Shown piece after piece: positions 63,664 to 64,000 of a stretch of DNA of 64,000 nucleotides. This DNA comes from an uncultured Actinomycetes bacterium (lineage in GTDB: Bacteria; Actinomycetota; Thermoleophilia; Gaiellales; Gaiellaceae): NCBI GenBank assembly GCA_963827725.1, contig CAWHBM010000003.1:173087-237086 (forward strand), in the 5' to 3' direction. The notes beneath the pieces are model-generated. The model had not been told where the DNA came from. It searched no databases and saw only the letters and a program-made list of their open reading frames with translations. Each line of letters starts with the position of its first letter. Within the stretch, counting starts at the first letter, position 1. A program made the translations under genes and the position numbers.

Positions 63664-64000
63664 GTGCAGGTAACCGGCCTTGCAGCTGTCCTCGCGCGGG
63701 CTGACGCCAGTCCGTTGCCGCTGCTCGGCGGCATGGCCAGACCCGACGGTGTCGTGATCGCGAGCGAGCGCTATTTCGCCTTCGCGGGCCGGGACGGATC
63801 GCTGCTCGAGGGCGACATGCCGGAGGTGCCCCGACTCGTGGCGCGCCTGCCGCTTCTGCGCGGGCTCGCCCGCCTCGCGATGTCGGTCTCTCCGCTGCTT
63901 CGGCGCGACGGCGTAGCCGGGGTGCGCGAGCGGATCTTGCTGACAGCCATGCTGTTGACGCCACTCTTCTTCGTCTTCCTCTCAGGCACCGCAACTCTCG
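63664..64000 (+). CDS. DUF1385 (YqhQ-like) membrane protein, 5' part (runs off the window)
   Basis: Open frame from GTG 63664: ...LPLLGGMARPDGVVIASERYFAF...RLPLLRGLARLAMSV. It is not in the track because no stop falls inside the window. Confidence 0.55.
   Translation, partial: MQVTGLAAVLARADASPLPLLGGMARPDGVVIASERYFAFAGRDGSLLEGDMPEVPRLVARLPLLRGLARLAMSVSPLLRRDGVAGVRERILLTAMLLTPLFFVFLSGTATL

Noticed and set aside
1-64000. Mobile elements, prophage or genomic island, rRNA/tRNA genes
   Set aside because: I recognised no integrase, transposase, phage structural or tRNA-like sequence by reading. The only compositional anomaly is the ~200-nt AT-rich spacer at 54.1-54.3 kb, which is too small for an island.

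Overview
High-GC (about 70% by eye) bacterial chromosomal segment with about 70 protein genes, most of them on the minus strand. I found no rRNA, tRNA, CRISPR array, transposase or integrase. The gene content looks like a deep-branching actinobacterium, but that is inference and no search was possible.

Gene blocks in order:
- 68-3222: LysR regulator, Fe-alcohol dehydrogenase and a DUF2182 protein.
- 3.2-17.2 kb: envelope glycan cluster. It holds PglC-like, PglF/CapD-like and PglE/DegT-like genes, an AsnB-like amidotransferase, DUF354, an ArnC-like GT2, a small flippase-like protein, DedA and a phosphodiester glycosidase. A UvrD/HRDC helicase interrupts it.
- 17.2-32.1 kb: one uninterrupted minus-strand run of respiratory-cofactor genes. 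These are futalosine-route menaquinone genes (mqnC, mqnA, mqnE, polyprenyl synthase, ubiE/menG, ubiX, ubiD), a b6c-type menaquinol:cytochrome c reductase (qcrABC), a cyclase-STAND-TPR protein, and hemL/hemB.
- 32-41 kb: AI-2E transporter, YmdB, two GT-C membrane glycosyltransferases plus GtrA, acylphosphatase, pcm, and an AlkP-family enzyme.
- 41-45.7 kb: thioredoxin-like and CHRD proteins, then a 2-oxoacid dehydrogenase E1alpha/E1beta/E2 operon with a HIRAN ORF wedged in.
- 45.7-49.9 kb: MoxR/DUF58/DUF4129 operon.
- 49.9-54.1 kb: lipid kinase and a 946-aa secreted BNR protein.
- 54.3-62.8 kb: phenylacetate-type cluster (TetR, paaABCD, three crotonase-fold genes, EthD).

Main second-look items:
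1. An unlisted SelW/Rdx-like selenoprotein gene with an in-frame TGA in a CxxU motif and a SECIS-like hairpin (57883-58104).
2. A short palindromic repeat family (core GTCWGAC). It appears as three tandem hairpins upstream of that gene, twice in the ubiX-ubiE intergenic region, and as two identical 35-nt in-frame copies inside the E2 linkers.
3. Several genes whose only plausible initiation codon is CTG.
4. Eleven clear single-base frame disruptions plus one possible (mqnE), mostly +1 insertions, hitting core genes. These are most likely assembly errors and they create misleading fused ORFs in the track.
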